Origin: an uncultured Methanoregulaceae archaeon
GTDB taxonomy: Archaea; Halobacteriota; Methanomicrobia; Methanomicrobiales; Methanospirillaceae
Direction of reading: 5' to 3'
NCBI GenBank assembly: GCA_963717525.1
Contig: OY970343.1
Coordinates: forward strand, 1,312,001-1,376,000
DNA: 64,000 bases
Both the position numbers and the translations under genes were made by a program. Shown piece by piece: positions 9,001 to 19,948 of the stretch (its first letter is position 1; every line of letters begins with the position of its first letter). The notes below the pieces were generated by a model. It saw only the letters and a program-made list of their open reading frames with translations. It made no database searches and was not told where the DNA came from.

Positions 9001-9426
9001 TCAACTGACAGGAGAATATACCAGGGTCGGGTATGCGGCATTGTAAGCCGTATTTGAAGTGGCATCAAGCACCCAGGTCACAGGAGCAGACTGACCTTTA
9101 ATCGTTACGGTGTACTTGCCGCCACCGATATTCTGCCATGTTCCGGATCTCATTACCTGACTACCCCCATTCAGGTACCCGGTGAAACTTCCGTCAGCGC
9201 CAAAGACAACCTGGGCACTGTTACCGCTGGCACCGGTAATTGACCATTTGCCGACAATAGGATCCTGCGATGCAGCCGCTGCCGGCGTTGAAACCTGTGT
9301 TGTGGTCGCAGCCGCCCCCGCACCGGCCGGGGCACTGGTAGTTGTCGTGCTGCTGGTGCATCCAGCCACAAGAATCAGAGCGAGACAAACAATGACAAGA
9401 AAGACAAGGGCATTTCTCTTCGACAT
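9001..9426 (-). CDS. Secreted/lipoprotein-like protein
   Basis: Signal peptide ending LVAGC, T/A/P linker, DPIVGKW beta domain. Confidence 0.75.
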   Translation of the reverse strand: MSKRNALVFLVIVCLALILVAGCTSSTTTTSAPAGAGAAATTTQVSTPAAAASQDPIVGKWSITGASGNSAQVVFGADGSFTGYLNGGSQVMRSGTWQNIGGGKYTVTIKGQSAPVTWVLDATSNTAYNAAYPTLVYSPVS

Positions 9427-9639
9427 ATGACGGGATAGATCATTTTCCGCAATAACCGTTTCTGTTTTCACCTGATGTTCAGAGCGTTGCGCGGAACCCG
9501 TTCCGATCATACCCTTCCCCCACCGGCATAACGGCAGCGGGGGTACTTTCAGCTATCCTGCAGAGAAGAATGCCGGAACCTATAATTGTTCTCACGCCGG
9601 TACCTGTATATCGCGTTTACCTGTTGTCAAGTGTTTTTT

Positions 9640-11634
9640 ATGGATCTCATGATTGCCCTTGTCTGTGTGGTTGTCCTGACCATCGCCCTCCTGTTCATCG
9701 GCCAGCGATTCAGGTTGCCCAGTGTCGTGAGTTTCCTTATAATCGGGATGCTGGTCGGCCCGTTCGGCTTTGCGATTATCACCGACCAGTCACTCATCAA
9801 TACAATTGGTGAAATTGGCATCGTCCTTTTGCTCTTTACCATCGGCCTTGAATTCTCGTTCCAGACATTACTCCGATCGTGGCGTGCGGTCATTATCGGG
9901 GGTACAGTGCAGATCTGCACGACGATTGTCGCAATTACCCTGATCACTCTCGCATTCCAGATGCCTTTTAACGAGGCCCTGATCTTCGGCTTTGTTGTCT
10001 CCCTCTCAAGTACCGCCATCGTGATGAAGGTACTCCAGGAAAAAGGTGAGGTGGATACGATCCAGGGCAGGACATTGTTTGGGATCCTGATCTTCCAGGA
10101 CCTGGCAATCATACCGATGATGCTCGTTCTGCCCCTCCTCTCCGGGAGCGGGGGAGGCCTGGATCTTTCCACCCTGCCCTACCAGATCCTGAAGATCGCC
10201 CTGATCATTCTTGTTATCATCGTTCTCGGGTACTGGGTCATTCCGCGGCTGCTTTTTAATGTGGCAAAAGAGCGGAGCCGTGAACTCTTCCTGGTTACAA
10301 TAGCCGGGATCTGCGTCATTATCGCGTGGCTGACAAGCGAGGCCGGACTGTCGTTTACGCTGGGAGCATTCATTGGTGGCCTGATCATCGGTGAATCGGA
10401 TTACAATATCGATGCACTGGGCCACATAATCCCGTTCCGCGATGTCTTTGCGGCCATATTCTTCCTCTCGATTGGGATGCTCCTGAATACAGCAACGGTA
10501 CTTGACAATTTTGGCTTTGTTGCCCTGATTATCCTGAGTATTTTCTGCGTCAAGATCCTGACCGGTGCCTTCTCTACGGCGGTGCTTGGGATGCCAACCC
10601 GGGTCTGCGTCTTCTGCGGCCTCGCGCTTGCCCAGATCGGGGAATTCTCGTTCGTGCTCGCGAAAAGCGGCCTCGATGCAGGGGTTATACAGACACCTGC
10701 TTACCAGCTCTTCCTTGCCGGCGCTATCGTCACGATGGCGCTTACTCCATTTACCATGGGTGCATCACCGAAGGTTGTCGATCTGCTCTACCGGCTGTTC
10801 CCGAAAAGGTTTGTGCGGGCAAATCTCATTACAGCGGATGAGACCGCAACCGGGGAGGAACTCTCAAACCACATCATCATCGCAGGATACGGGATCACCG
10901 GAAAGAGCGTGGCACGGGCAGCAACTCTTGCCGGCATCCCCTATATGGTCATCGAGCTCAATCCCGAGATCATCCGGCAGGAGCGATCCCAGTACCGGCC
11001 CAACTTTATTTTCGGGGATGCCGTGCAGGAGGAGGTGCTCGAACATGCGGGCATCCGTCATGCACGCACGCTGGTGGTGGCAGTCTCCGAGGAAGAGGCA
11101 ATCCCCCGTATTATCCATACAGCCCGGCAGCTTGCTCCCGATGTGCATATCCTTGCACGGACCAGGCACGTCAGGAATGCCCAGCACCTCCTCGATCTCG
11201 GGGCAGACGAGGTCATCTCCGAAGAATTTGAATCGGCCCTCGAGATCTTCACCCGGGCCCTGAAACGCTACGAGATCCCGGACGAGGAGGTTGCAAGGAT
11301 CATACAACGGGCTAAACGCATAGGCGCCGCCCTTTTTACCCGGTGCACCGACCCGACCCAGCACCAGAAGATCCAGAATTTCGAGACGCTTTTCAGGGCG
11401 ACCCATATCCACACCGTACGGGTGGAGGCCGGATCGGAAGCGGAACGAAAGACCATCGGCGAGCTGGCCTTAAAAGATCGGTTTGGCATCAGGGAGTTCG
11501 GTTTCCGACGAGGAACGATGCGCTTTACCGAGCCTGACCCGGCCCTGCGTCTTGAAGCAGGAGATACACTGGTCTTCTTTATTACTGACGAGAAGGCAGG
11601 AAAGATCATCCCGCTCTTTTCGGCAGGGAAATAA
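9640..11634 (+). CDS. CPA2 (Kef-type) cation:proton antiporter with TrkA-N and TrkA-C domains
   Basis: LLFTIGLE, FQD, QIGEFSFV, IIAGYGITG. Confidence 0.92.
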   Translation: MDLMIALVCVVVLTIALLFIGQRFRLPSVVSFLIIGMLVGPFGFAIITDQSLINTIGEIGIVLLLFTIGLEFSFQTLLRSWRAVIIGGTVQICTTIVAITLITLAFQMPFNEALIFGFVVSLSSTAIVMKVLQEKGEVDTIQGRTLFGILIFQDLAIIPMMLVLPLLSGSGGGLDLSTLPYQILKIALIILVIIVLGYWVIPRLLFNVAKERSRELFLVTIAGICVIIAWLTSEAGLSFTLGAFIGGLIIGESDYNIDALGHIIPFRDVFAAIFFLSIGMLLNTATVLDNFGFVALIILSIFCVKILTGAFSTAVLGMPTRVCVFCGLALAQIGEFSFVLAKSGLDAGVIQTPAYQLFLAGAIVTMALTPFTMGASPKVVDLLYRLFPKRFVRANLITADETATGEELSNHIIIAGYGITGKSVARAATLAGIPYMVIELNPEIIRQERSQYRPNFIFGDAVQEEVLEHAGIRHARTLVVAVSEEEAIPRIIHTARQLAPDVHILARTRHVRNAQHLLDLGADEVISEEFESALEIFTRALKRYEIPDEEVARIIQRAKRIGAALFTRCTDPTQHQKIQNFETLFRATHIHTVRVEAGSEAERKTIGELALKDRFGIREFGFRRGTMRFTEPDPALRLEAGDTLVFFITDEKAGKIIPLFSAGK

Positions 11635-11817
11635 TACCCCGGAACCGTGAGTTCACCGGGACGCAGGACACCATCTTTTCCCCTGACAGGGTGGCCCGGG
11701 CAGATGGCCCGGTGCTTTATGGTGAAAATGTGAGACCGGGAACCGGGACTATTCTTTTATGTGACCTTTCTTCCTACGGAGAGGTATAAAAATCACGACA
11801 GCAAGAACACTATTCAT

Positions 11818-12498
11818 ATGCGCCCCTCGGTTGTTGTCAACGTGGCGATGAGTGCGGACGGGAAACTGTCGACCCGCGAGCGTCGGCAGGTAAAAATTTC
11901 CGGCAACGAAGATTTTGCCCGGGTTGACAGGCTCAAGGCCGGCTGTGATGCAGTGATGGTAGGGATAGGAACGGTGCTTGCCGATGACCCCTCGCTCACG
12001 GTAAAGAGCCCGGAGTACAAAGCCGAACGGCAACGCAGCGGGCGGCCGGAGCACCCGGTCCGGGTCGTCATTGACAGCGGGGGGCGGACCCCCCCAAACG
12101 CCGCGATTCTTACCAAAGGGGACGGGGTGCGTGTCGTGGCCGTATCGGAACAGGCCGATCCTGCGCGGGTGAGCGTGCTCCGGACAAAGGCAACCGTCAT
12201 TGTTGCTGGGGAGACGGAGGTGGACCTTGTCCGCGTGCTCAACGAACTCGGTGCGATGGGCATCCGACACCTGATGGTGGAAGGTGGGGGTACGCTGATC
12301 GCCGGGTTGGTCCGGGCCGGCCTTGTCGATGAGATTTACACCTATATCGGGAGTATTGTCATTGGTGGGAAAGACGCACCGACACTTGCAGACGGCCCGG
12401 GCTGGATACGGGAGGCCGATTTTGCCCGGCTCACGCTAGCAGATGTTGCCCGTATGGATGACGGCATTCTTCTCCACTGGACGGTAAAGCGTGTGTAA
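11818..12498 (+). CDS. arfC: 2,5-diamino-6-(ribosylamino)-4(3H)-pyrimidinone 5'-phosphate reductase
   Basis: AMSADGK, GTVLADDPSLTV, LMVEGGG RibD-C motifs. Confidence 0.9.
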   Translation: MRPSVVVNVAMSADGKLSTRERRQVKISGNEDFARVDRLKAGCDAVMVGIGTVLADDPSLTVKSPEYKAERQRSGRPEHPVRVVIDSGGRTPPNAAILTKGDGVRVVAVSEQADPARVSVLRTKATVIVAGETEVDLVRVLNELGAMGIRHLMVEGGGTLIAGLVRAGLVDEIYTYIGSIVIGGKDAPTLADGPGWIREADFARLTLADVARMDDGILLHWTVKRV

Positions 12499-12598
12499 CC
12501 ATGCTGTACCGAACGTTTCCTTTTCCCTTCCTTTTTTTCCAGCCTCGTGCTGGAGATATTTTCCCCGGATGCCAAGGCTCATCAGCCGGCATCGGGAA

Positions 12599-13310
12599 AT
12601 GATCTGATACGTATATCGCGATCATCGTCCTTGCCGCCGTGTGGCTTGTGCTCTACCTGTACTACCGGAAGGAGTGGGCAGCCACCTTTGTCTGCAAGAC
12701 CGGTCCGGAAACCCAGCCGGATCCCGCCCTCACCCGGCTCGTCTGGTGTTCGCTCGTGATTCTCATCGGCCTTGCGGTCGCCAACATCGCCGCCTCGCTT
12801 ATCACCGGCGCGATCGTTATCCCCCTGCCACTGATCGGGCTTGCCGCCGCGCTCCCCATCCTTGTCTTGTCATCGCAGAGGCTTCCTGTACTCCGGTCCA
12901 TCGACTGGTGCACACTCGTCTTTTTTGCCGCGATGTTTGTCCTGATGGCTGCCGTCTGGCAGACCGGCTTTTTCCAGTCTCTTGCCGGTGTCACGGGGGT
13001 AACCGCAGTCCCGGCGATCCTCGGAACCAGCGTCATCATCAGCCAGTTCATCTCGAACGTCCCCTTTGTCGCTCTCTTCCAGCCGCTCATCCTGCAGGCC
13101 GGGGGAGGGACGGCCCGGCTCATGGCACTCGCCGCCGGGAGCACGATCGCCGGTAACCTCACGATTCTCGGCGCGGCAAGCAACGTGATTATCATCCAGC
13201 AGGCCGAGGCCCGGGGGGAGACCCTGACCTTTACCGAGTTTGCGAAAGTCGGGGTGCCGCTGACGCTCATCCAGATTGGGATCTACGCGGTATTCCTCGG
13301 GGTGGTGTAG
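12599..13310 (+). pseudogene. ArsB/NhaD-family anion transporter, internally deleted
   Basis: Only the C-terminal half is present (SQFISNVP, STIAGNLTILGAASN), preceded by a short hydrophobic stub YIAIIVLAAV. Confidence 0.65.
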
Positions 13311-13506
13311 GAAAAGGGGGATGATTTCCCAGTAGCAGGAAACAAAGCCAGGCCGGGGAGTACCACTTTTCAGGAATTACCCGATTCCATCCAAGGTTAG
13401 ATAATTTTTTTCGGGGATTATCAACAATCAGCCCCCAATATGGTGAAAAATGTATATTTTTTGTCTGTAGAAAAGCGTTTTCGGCTGTCCTTGTTGCCCC
13501 TCTCTT

Positions 13507-13650
13507 GCGCCAATGCGTCCCCCGAGGGAGACGGGGCGCTATTAGCGATGGCACCAGAACAGATAATACAGCACTATCGCAAGGGGGGGTGCCCATTCGG
13601 CGGCGGAACCAATCGCTACCGGGGGCATAGGGACATCAGCCTCCATAATC
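13507..13650. repeat. REP-like hairpin cluster (variant hairpins plus module C)
   Basis: GCGCC..CGTCCCC/GGGAGACG..GGCGC hairpin followed by GCGATGG; 13621-13650 matches the reverse complement of 57881-57910. Confidence 0.65.
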
Positions 13651-13764
13651 AAAACGTACGGACAATAACTCAGGATCTAGAGGAAGAGGATACCACTCGC
13701 TCATGATAATAACACAAATAATATCAGAAAAAGTATAGGGATTTATGCCGTTTTCCGGGGAAGA

Positions 13765-14142
13765 TCACACTTTGTTCGATACATCTCCCTTCATGATGTA
13801 CTTCACGAGCAGGAAAATCACCAGTGCAATGATAATGAAATTGATCAGGGCACCGGCAAAGTCACCGGGCATGAACTTGACCGGCCCTATCTGAAGTACC
13901 GTGGACTGCCAGTCCCCGCCGGGGATAAGAACCCCGACAAAGGGCATGATAATGTCCTTTACCAGTGCGGTGACCAGGGTCGATGCTGCCGAGCCGATGA
14001 CAAATGCAACGGCAAGCCCGATGACCTGGTACTTCTTTAAGAAGTCCATGAATTCTTCACTGAACCCCTGAACCCCCTTGCTCATGTTCATGACGCCTGC
14101 CTTGAGCTCCTTTTCTGCGACTTCAGGTTTCTTGATGTCCAT
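13765..14142 (-). CDS. mscL: Large-conductance mechanosensitive channel
   Basis: EFMDFL...GLAVAFVIG...LVKDIIMP...INFIIIA. Confidence 0.9.
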   Translation of the reverse strand: MDIKKPEVAEKELKAGVMNMSKGVQGFSEEFMDFLKKYQVIGLAVAFVIGSAASTLVTALVKDIIMPFVGVLIPGGDWQSTVLQIGPVKFMPGDFAGALINFIIIALVIFLLVKYIMKGDVSNKV

Positions 14143-14363
14143 CGTGTATCACCAGCGAGATGTAATCATCCCTGATGGTTGATGGTTTTTACTCACTATT
14201 AATATAATTCCTTTTTTTCAGGAGAACTCATATGAGCCACGCAACACGGGATTTGCCCATAATTATGGAAAGATTTGTCTATGGGCCTGGTTCTTGTGGG
14301 TATCACAATACCGCATATGACCGGAAAACCCATACGCCATTTGAAGATTGTTACAAAAAAAGT

Positions 14364-15470
14364 TCAGAGCTGGACCAGCTCGTAATCGCGGGTGCCCATG
14401 CCGAGCTCTTCTGCATACCGTAGCTGCCGGGGGCCGTCTGTGTTCGGCCGCATCCCGGCAAACTTGTCCTCGCCCGGGTGGCGGTGCCGGGCAAGGAACG
14501 ATTCCGCAAACCCCTGCTGCTGGTTGACGAGGTCGCAGGCCGCTGCATCGATCGCCACCGGGTCCTTTGACGCGAGGATGCCGATATCCGGGACGATCGA
14601 AGCATCACTCCACGGCACACAGTCGCAGTCCGGCGTGATCCGGGTGAGGAAACTGATATAACCGACCTTGCCGGCCTTTCCCAGCACAGCCCCGTACGCG
14701 TACTCGATCAGCCGTTCGGTGAAGAGCGGGATCTCGGTCTCCCAGTCTATATCGATCGCATGCGACGGGCAGACCGTCATGCACTCGAAGCAGCCGATGC
14801 AAAGGTTTTTGTCGATACTGGATTTCTCACCGACAAGCGTGATTGCCGACTTCGGGCATACCTCGACGCATTTCCCGCACCCGGTACAGTGGTCGCGGAT
14901 CGAGAACGGTTTTGCCTGGTGCTGCGCCCGTTTTCCCTGCGGGGGTGCACAGCCCATCGCGAGGTTCTTGAGCGCCCCGCCAAAACCGGCCACCTCGTGA
15001 CCCTTGAAATGGGTCATCACGATCATGCTGTCCGCAGCCATAATATCGCCGGCGATCGTGACCGTCTTGAAATGTTTTTTATCGATCGCAACGTGAGCGA
15101 CGTTTTTCCCGCAGAGGCCGTCGGCGATAATCACCGGCGCTCCGACCACCGCGTAGTCGAAACCGTGGTGCACCGCTGTCGTAATATGGTCGACCGCATT
15201 CGAACGGCTGCCGAGGTAGAGGGTGTTCGTGTCCGTCACAAAGGGCAGGGCGCCTGCCGCTTTTATCTTTTCCACCACCTGCCGGACATAGACCGGGCTG
15301 ATGTAGGAGTCATTACCCTGCTCCCCGAAATGGAGTTTTATCGCTGTGCGGTCCCGTTCGTGGATACAGGACGCAAAATCCGCAGCCTCAAAGAGCCGCC
15401 GGACCTTCATTTCGGTGCTCTCCCCGGGCGATCGTGCCCGTGAGCTGGCAAACCAGACGGTGCTTTTCAT
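14364..15470 (-). CDS. DUF362 Fe-S protein
   Basis: KLHFGE, HFKGH, GGALKN, two CxxCxxCxxxCP motifs, CDC, DPVAID. Confidence 0.9.
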   Translation of the reverse strand: MKSTVWFASSRARSPGESTEMKVRRLFEAADFASCIHERDRTAIKLHFGEQGNDSYISPVYVRQVVEKIKAAGALPFVTDTNTLYLGSRSNAVDHITTAVHHGFDYAVVGAPVIIADGLCGKNVAHVAIDKKHFKTVTIAGDIMAADSMIVMTHFKGHEVAGFGGALKNLAMGCAPPQGKRAQHQAKPFSIRDHCTGCGKCVEVCPKSAITLVGEKSSIDKNLCIGCFECMTVCPSHAIDIDWETEIPLFTERLIEYAYGAVLGKAGKVGYISFLTRITPDCDCVPWSDASIVPDIGILASKDPVAIDAAACDLVNQQQGFAESFLARHRHPGEDKFAGMRPNTDGPRQLRYAEELGMGTRDYELVQL

Positions 15471-15527
15471 TTCCGGATCATCCCCGGAGGATCATTGTCG
15501 CGGCGCCTATCTAAAGTTCGTGCCCGG

Positions 15528-16904
15528 TCAGACCATGGTATCGAGGTTGCGCTTCCGGCTGCGGTCCTTATTGTACCGCTTGAGATCCCGCGCCCGCTCG
15601 AAGTACTGGCGTGACAGGTCGTCCCGGCCCATCTCCTGCACACAGACGGCCATGTTGTTCCAGGCATCGGCATTCGACGGGTTCTTCTCCAGCAGCTTGT
15701 TGTAGGTTTCCGCCGCGGCAGACAGGATCTTGTCATCATTGCTGAGAATCCCCATTTTCTGGAGCGTTACACCACAGGTGTAGAGGATCTCCTCATCGGC
15801 CGGCGCAAGTTCAAGCGCTTTGGTGATGGACTCGAGTGCTTCCTCGTTTCTTTCCAGTGCCCGGAGGCAGACGCCCCGGTCGTGCCATGCAAAGGCATGC
15901 GAGGGATCGATCGCGAGCGCCCGGTCAAAGGCAGCGATCGCGTCCTCGAACTTCCCTTCCCGGTAATAGAGCCGGAGACCTTCCTGGTAGTGCGACTTCG
16001 ATTTGCCCAGCAGGCGGTCGAACATCTTTCCCTGGCCGGAGGGAGCCCTCGGTTTTTCCGGCTTTTCCGCTGCATCGGACTCCTGCCGGAGCAGAAGATC
16101 GGTCCCCACGGTATGGGTGATGTCGCGGACGGCCCCGATGATACCGACAAAGATCCCGCGCCCGTCATACAGGGGGGTCGCCTTCATCCAGAGGACCCGT
16201 TCGCTGCTACCGGTGCCCGGCGCCTTTGTCCACGCGGTGATTGCTCCCTCTTCCCGGGCGATAACCGAATAATTATTTTTCGTGATGACCTTAGGGTCCT
16301 CAAAGACCATGTCCACAAGGAGTGGCACCTTGCGGCCGAAGAAGGGGATCGCGTACTCGTGGTCTTTTTTCCCGACCATGTCAGCAGCCGCAACCCCGGA
16401 AAGGGTCACCATGCCGTTGTTCCACGCGATCACCGCCCCGTCACGGTCGATCGCAAAAGCCGGCTCAGAAAAGAAGTGCACGGCATCGTTTAGGATTTTC
16501 TGGGAGGTCCCGATCCCCCTGCCGACTATTTTTCCTTCGACAGCCCGCCGGATCATATGCACCATCTCCCGGAGCTGCGGCTGGATATCCTCGCCTTTTT
16601 TCAGGTAAAAGTTCGCGCCGTTGTTGAGCGCCTCGATGGCAGCATGCTCCCGTCCCACTCCGGTAAAGATGATGACCGGCGTCGCGTCGCCTTTTGACCG
16701 GAGGATCTTCAAAAACTCGATCCCGTTAATCTCCGGCATATCATAATCGACAATGATCGCATCGAAGGTCTGGTCGTTCAAAACGGTAAGGGATTCTTTG
16801 GCCGATAGGGAGGTATGGACCTTCATATCGCCGAACCGCTCCAGAAACAACCGGGTGACGCTGAGCACTTCTTCCTCATCGTCAATGATAAGCACTGAGA
16901 GCAT
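15528..16904 (-). CDS. Response regulator (REC-PAS-TPR)
   Basis: DD, DYDMP, FTG receiver motifs; PAS WNxGM; C-terminal TPRs. Confidence 0.9.
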   Translation of the reverse strand: MLSVLIIDDEEEVLSVTRLFLERFGDMKVHTSLSAKESLTVLNDQTFDAIIVDYDMPEINGIEFLKILRSKGDATPVIIFTGVGREHAAIEALNNGANFYLKKGEDIQPQLREMVHMIRRAVEGKIVGRGIGTSQKILNDAVHFFSEPAFAIDRDGAVIAWNNGMVTLSGVAAADMVGKKDHEYAIPFFGRKVPLLVDMVFEDPKVITKNNYSVIAREEGAITAWTKAPGTGSSERVLWMKATPLYDGRGIFVGIIGAVRDITHTVGTDLLLRQESDAAEKPEKPRAPSGQGKMFDRLLGKSKSHYQEGLRLYYREGKFEDAIAAFDRALAIDPSHAFAWHDRGVCLRALERNEEALESITKALELAPADEEILYTCGVTLQKMGILSNDDKILSAAAETYNKLLEKNPSNADAWNNMAVCVQEMGRDDLSRQYFERARDLKRYNKDRSRKRNLDTMV

Positions 16905-16956
16905 TTCAGACCGTTATTCCGTCATTTGACGGCAAAAGATAAAAAAGAATGTATCG

Positions 16957-17445
16957 TTATTTTCGCTTTGAGAGCTCGTGATCGAGGCACAGGAGGTGCC
17001 CGGGAATATCCCCGACGGTCTTGATTTTATCGACGATCAGGGCAGCATTCGCCTCCTCCTCGACCTGTTCCTTGACAAACCACTGGAGCATCTCGAAGGT
17101 CGCATGGTCCTTTTCTTTGATAGCAAGATCGACGAGGTTGTTTATCATGCCGGTCACCTTCTGCTCGTGCGCATATACCTCGTCAAAGATCTTGCCGGCC
17201 GAGGTCCATTTTGCCCTGGGGGCCTCGATGGCATCAAGGGCAACCTTCCCCTGCCGTGCAATGATGTACTCGTAGAGTTTCATGGCATGAGCTCGCTCCT
17301 CGCCCGATTGGACCATCATCCAGTCCGCAAACCCCTTGAGGTTCACAGACTCAAACCAGGCAGACATCCCCAGGTAGAGATACGAAGAATAGAGTTCGCG
17401 GTTGACCTGCCGGTTCAGTGCTTCTTCCATGGTTTTTGATAACAT
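16957..17445 (-). CDS. ftnA: Ferritin
   Basis: ELYSSYLY, EERAHAMK, HEQKVT, WFVKEQVEEE. Confidence 0.93.
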   Translation of the reverse strand: MLSKTMEEALNRQVNRELYSSYLYLGMSAWFESVNLKGFADWMMVQSGEERAHAMKLYEYIIARQGKVALDAIEAPRAKWTSAGKIFDEVYAHEQKVTGMINNLVDLAIKEKDHATFEMLQWFVKEQVEEEANAALIVDKIKTVGDIPGHLLCLDHELSKRK

Positions 17446-17685
17446 ACGAAAACCTCCCTGTATGCGCTTGAGATTGGTTTGTTTTTTAATAAGGGTATCG
17501 CAGGTGACAACAATCCGGTGACAATGCGGGCATGATTTACGATCTTTCCTGGGTTATCGTATAAAAAAGTCCGGACAATCGGCTGGGGGAAGTGGTATTC
17601 CGATAAACCCCACGAGGCAATCTCATCATGGAGAACTCAAGGGCCGGGATACCGTGCCAGCCCGGTGCCGGTTGCCACCCCGCCC

Positions 17686-18144
17686 TTATTTCCCGACGCG
17701 GTTTTTCTCCTCCCTGATATCGAGGAGGATCTCCAGTTCGAGCGATTTTGCATAGGCTATTTCCGCTTCCTCGCTCTTTCCGGTCTCTTCAAGGCAGATC
17801 CCCTTGATATACCATGCGGAAGCATCATTTCCGTTGAGGGTGACCGCCCGGGTCGCAGCCGCTAGGGCCGGTACATACTGCCCGAGATGGTACAGTGCAA
17901 GCCCCTTCCTTGACCAGGCATCGGCATGGTTCGGGTTGAGCGCAAGCGCCTGGTTGCAGTCGGCGATCGCTTCCGCGAACCGCTCCATCTCGATCTTTGC
18001 CGCTGCCCTCTGGCTCCACCCTTCGGCATTCCCGGGTTCGAGCCGGATTGCCTGGTCATACAGGGCAAGGGCTTCCCGGTATTTGGTCTGCCGGACATAG
18101 TGTTCGGCCCTTTTCAAGAGGCGGGGCACTTCACTGACCGGCAC
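17686..18144 (-). CDS. TPR protein
   Basis: About four TPR repeats. Confidence 0.85.
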   Translation of the reverse strand: MPVSEVPRLLKRAEHYVRQTKYREALALYDQAIRLEPGNAEGWSQRAAAKIEMERFAEAIADCNQALALNPNHADAWSRKGLALYHLGQYVPALAAATRAVTLNGNDASAWYIKGICLEETGKSEEAEIAYAKSLELEILLDIREEKNRVGK

Positions 18145-18198
18145 GATACTGCACCTCCCGGGCTTTTTTCCGGGGTTGTTTGCGGAGGTTTATCATAA

Positions 18199-19197
18199 CT
18201 ACGAATCTTCAATCAGGTCGCCAAAGATCTTTTTTAAGGCTGCTTTCTCATACGTGGCTGCCTGTTCCTGTGCGGCAAGCAGGTGTTGGGGATTCTCCCA
18301 TATAAACCAGTCCTTCATCGTCATATAGGCGAGCAGCGCGTTTGTCAGGTTGACCCCGACCTGGTAGAGGCTGGCATAATATTCGAGGGTAGACTCCGCG
18401 TTCCAGTCCACGGACAGGTGCTTTTCCATGATCGTGAGCATGACATCGCCAAAGACCTTGGACTGGTACCAGGCCGTATGCGTCCAGCGGGTCGTGAGCA
18501 TCTCTTTTACTTCGAGATGGTCGAATTTTTTCATCTGGGGGATGTTGACCACCGGCATGAGCTTGTCAGACGGGAGGGTTTTTGCGAGGTAGAGGTCCCT
18601 AGCGTAGAACATGGATTTGTCCAGGACAAAGTACCTCCGGGGGACGATATCCATCATATCCGTCATCTCGTCCATGTCCTGCTTGCCGTCTTTTAAAAGG
18701 ATATAGAGCTGGGTCTTCCGGAGCTGCTCCATGCGGTGGTAGATCCGGGCGTTGACGATCGGGTTCCAGGGGAGTTCGTTGAGGTCCTCGTGGAACTGTC
18801 GGTACAGGATGAAGAGCATCTCAATGAGTTTTTTGACCGGGAGTTTTTTTTCCTTCTTTGCCTCGTCCTTGAGCGCATCGAGATAGACCTGGCGCATGCC
18901 GCTGTAGACCGAATCCGGCGTATACGAGAGGATACGGTAACCGGATTTCTTTGCTGCCGCACCTTTGATGAGCAGGTGGGTGCACTGTTTTGCAATGACA
19001 AAATCCTTTAACAGGCCGATGTAGTTTGCGGGAAAAAGGATGATGTTCTTGTCGACGTTGTAGGTATAGACATCGAGGAGCGTCCCGCCCGGGGGGGCCT
19101 CGGGTTTTCGCAGCAGGGTGATCTCGGTGTCGAGTATCCGCTCGGTCTCGCTGATGAACCGGCGGATGGGCTTAGTGAGGGGCATGTTGGTCTTCAT
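18199..19197 (-). CDS. Hypothetical protein (332 aa)
   Basis: Long ORF with host-like codon usage and a GGTGA RBS. Confidence 0.75.
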   Translation of the reverse strand: MKTNMPLTKPIRRFISETERILDTEITLLRKPEAPPGGTLLDVYTYNVDKNIILFPANYIGLLKDFVIAKQCTHLLIKGAAAKKSGYRILSYTPDSVYSGMRQVYLDALKDEAKKEKKLPVKKLIEMLFILYRQFHEDLNELPWNPIVNARIYHRMEQLRKTQLYILLKDGKQDMDEMTDMMDIVPRRYFVLDKSMFYARDLYLAKTLPSDKLMPVVNIPQMKKFDHLEVKEMLTTRWTHTAWYQSKVFGDVMLTIMEKHLSVDWNAESTLEYYASLYQVGVNLTNALLAYMTMKDWFIWENPQHLLAAQEQAATYEKAALKKIFGDLIEDS

Positions 19198-19345
19198 GGC
19201 CCTTCACCTGACCCCGCCTGCAACGACCCCGCAGATTCGTACGTGCTCCCGCCTCTGACGGGTAGTTTTTACTTTAGACAGGGAAAAACGTTAGGATTAT
19301 GCTCAAGCTCCGGATGCCGGCGTGCATGCAGCCCCGGGGTTGTTT

Positions 19346-19948
19346 TTAGTTTTTCTTCCGCGGCCGGGCGAGCGTGTGCAGAAAACCGGTGAACGGGTTG
19401 AGTTTCCGGGGCTTAAAGACACCCTGGTTGACGTACCGCACATCTTCGATGGAGAAGAAGGCCCCGGGGTTGGTCTGCTCGATGTACCGGGTGATCCGCG
19501 GGACATCGTCGCGGTTGACAAGGGAGATGATCATCGTGACACCGCCCCGGGCACCCTTCGCGTCGAGACAGGTCGTCCCGTACTGCTCGGACTGCAAAAA
19601 TTCCGCGATCCCGGCGCTCGTTTCACCGGTGGTGATGATGCGCATGATCACCATGCCAATCGAGAGCCGTTCCTCGATCACCAGCCCCACGTAGGTCCCA
19701 AGGGCAAATCCGAAGGCATAGGCAATGAAGTTTGCCGGGTTTGAGAGGTTACTCATCACGCCCACGATGGCAAGCAGCCAGATGATGATCTCGAAAAACG
19801 CAATAACCGGGGCAAGGTACTTGATCCCCTTGGAGAGAAAGACGATCCGGAGTGTTTCCATGCAGACGTTTGCGATCTGCGCACAGAAGATCAGGGCCGG
19901 CAGGAGGATCCAGTTATAGAGACCGGGACTGATGATAAAAAACGCCAT
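19346..19948 (-). CDS. DUF2179/UPF0316 membrane protein
   Basis: TLRIVF, AFFEIIIW, YAFGFALGTYVG, PGAFFSIEDVR. Confidence 0.88.
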   Translation of the reverse strand: MAFFIISPGLYNWILLPALIFCAQIANVCMETLRIVFLSKGIKYLAPVIAFFEIIIWLLAIVGVMSNLSNPANFIAYAFGFALGTYVGLVIEERLSIGMVIMRIITTGETSAGIAEFLQSEQYGTTCLDAKGARGGVTMIISLVNRDDVPRITRYIEQTNPGAFFSIEDVRYVNQGVFKPRKLNPFTGFLHTLARPRKKN

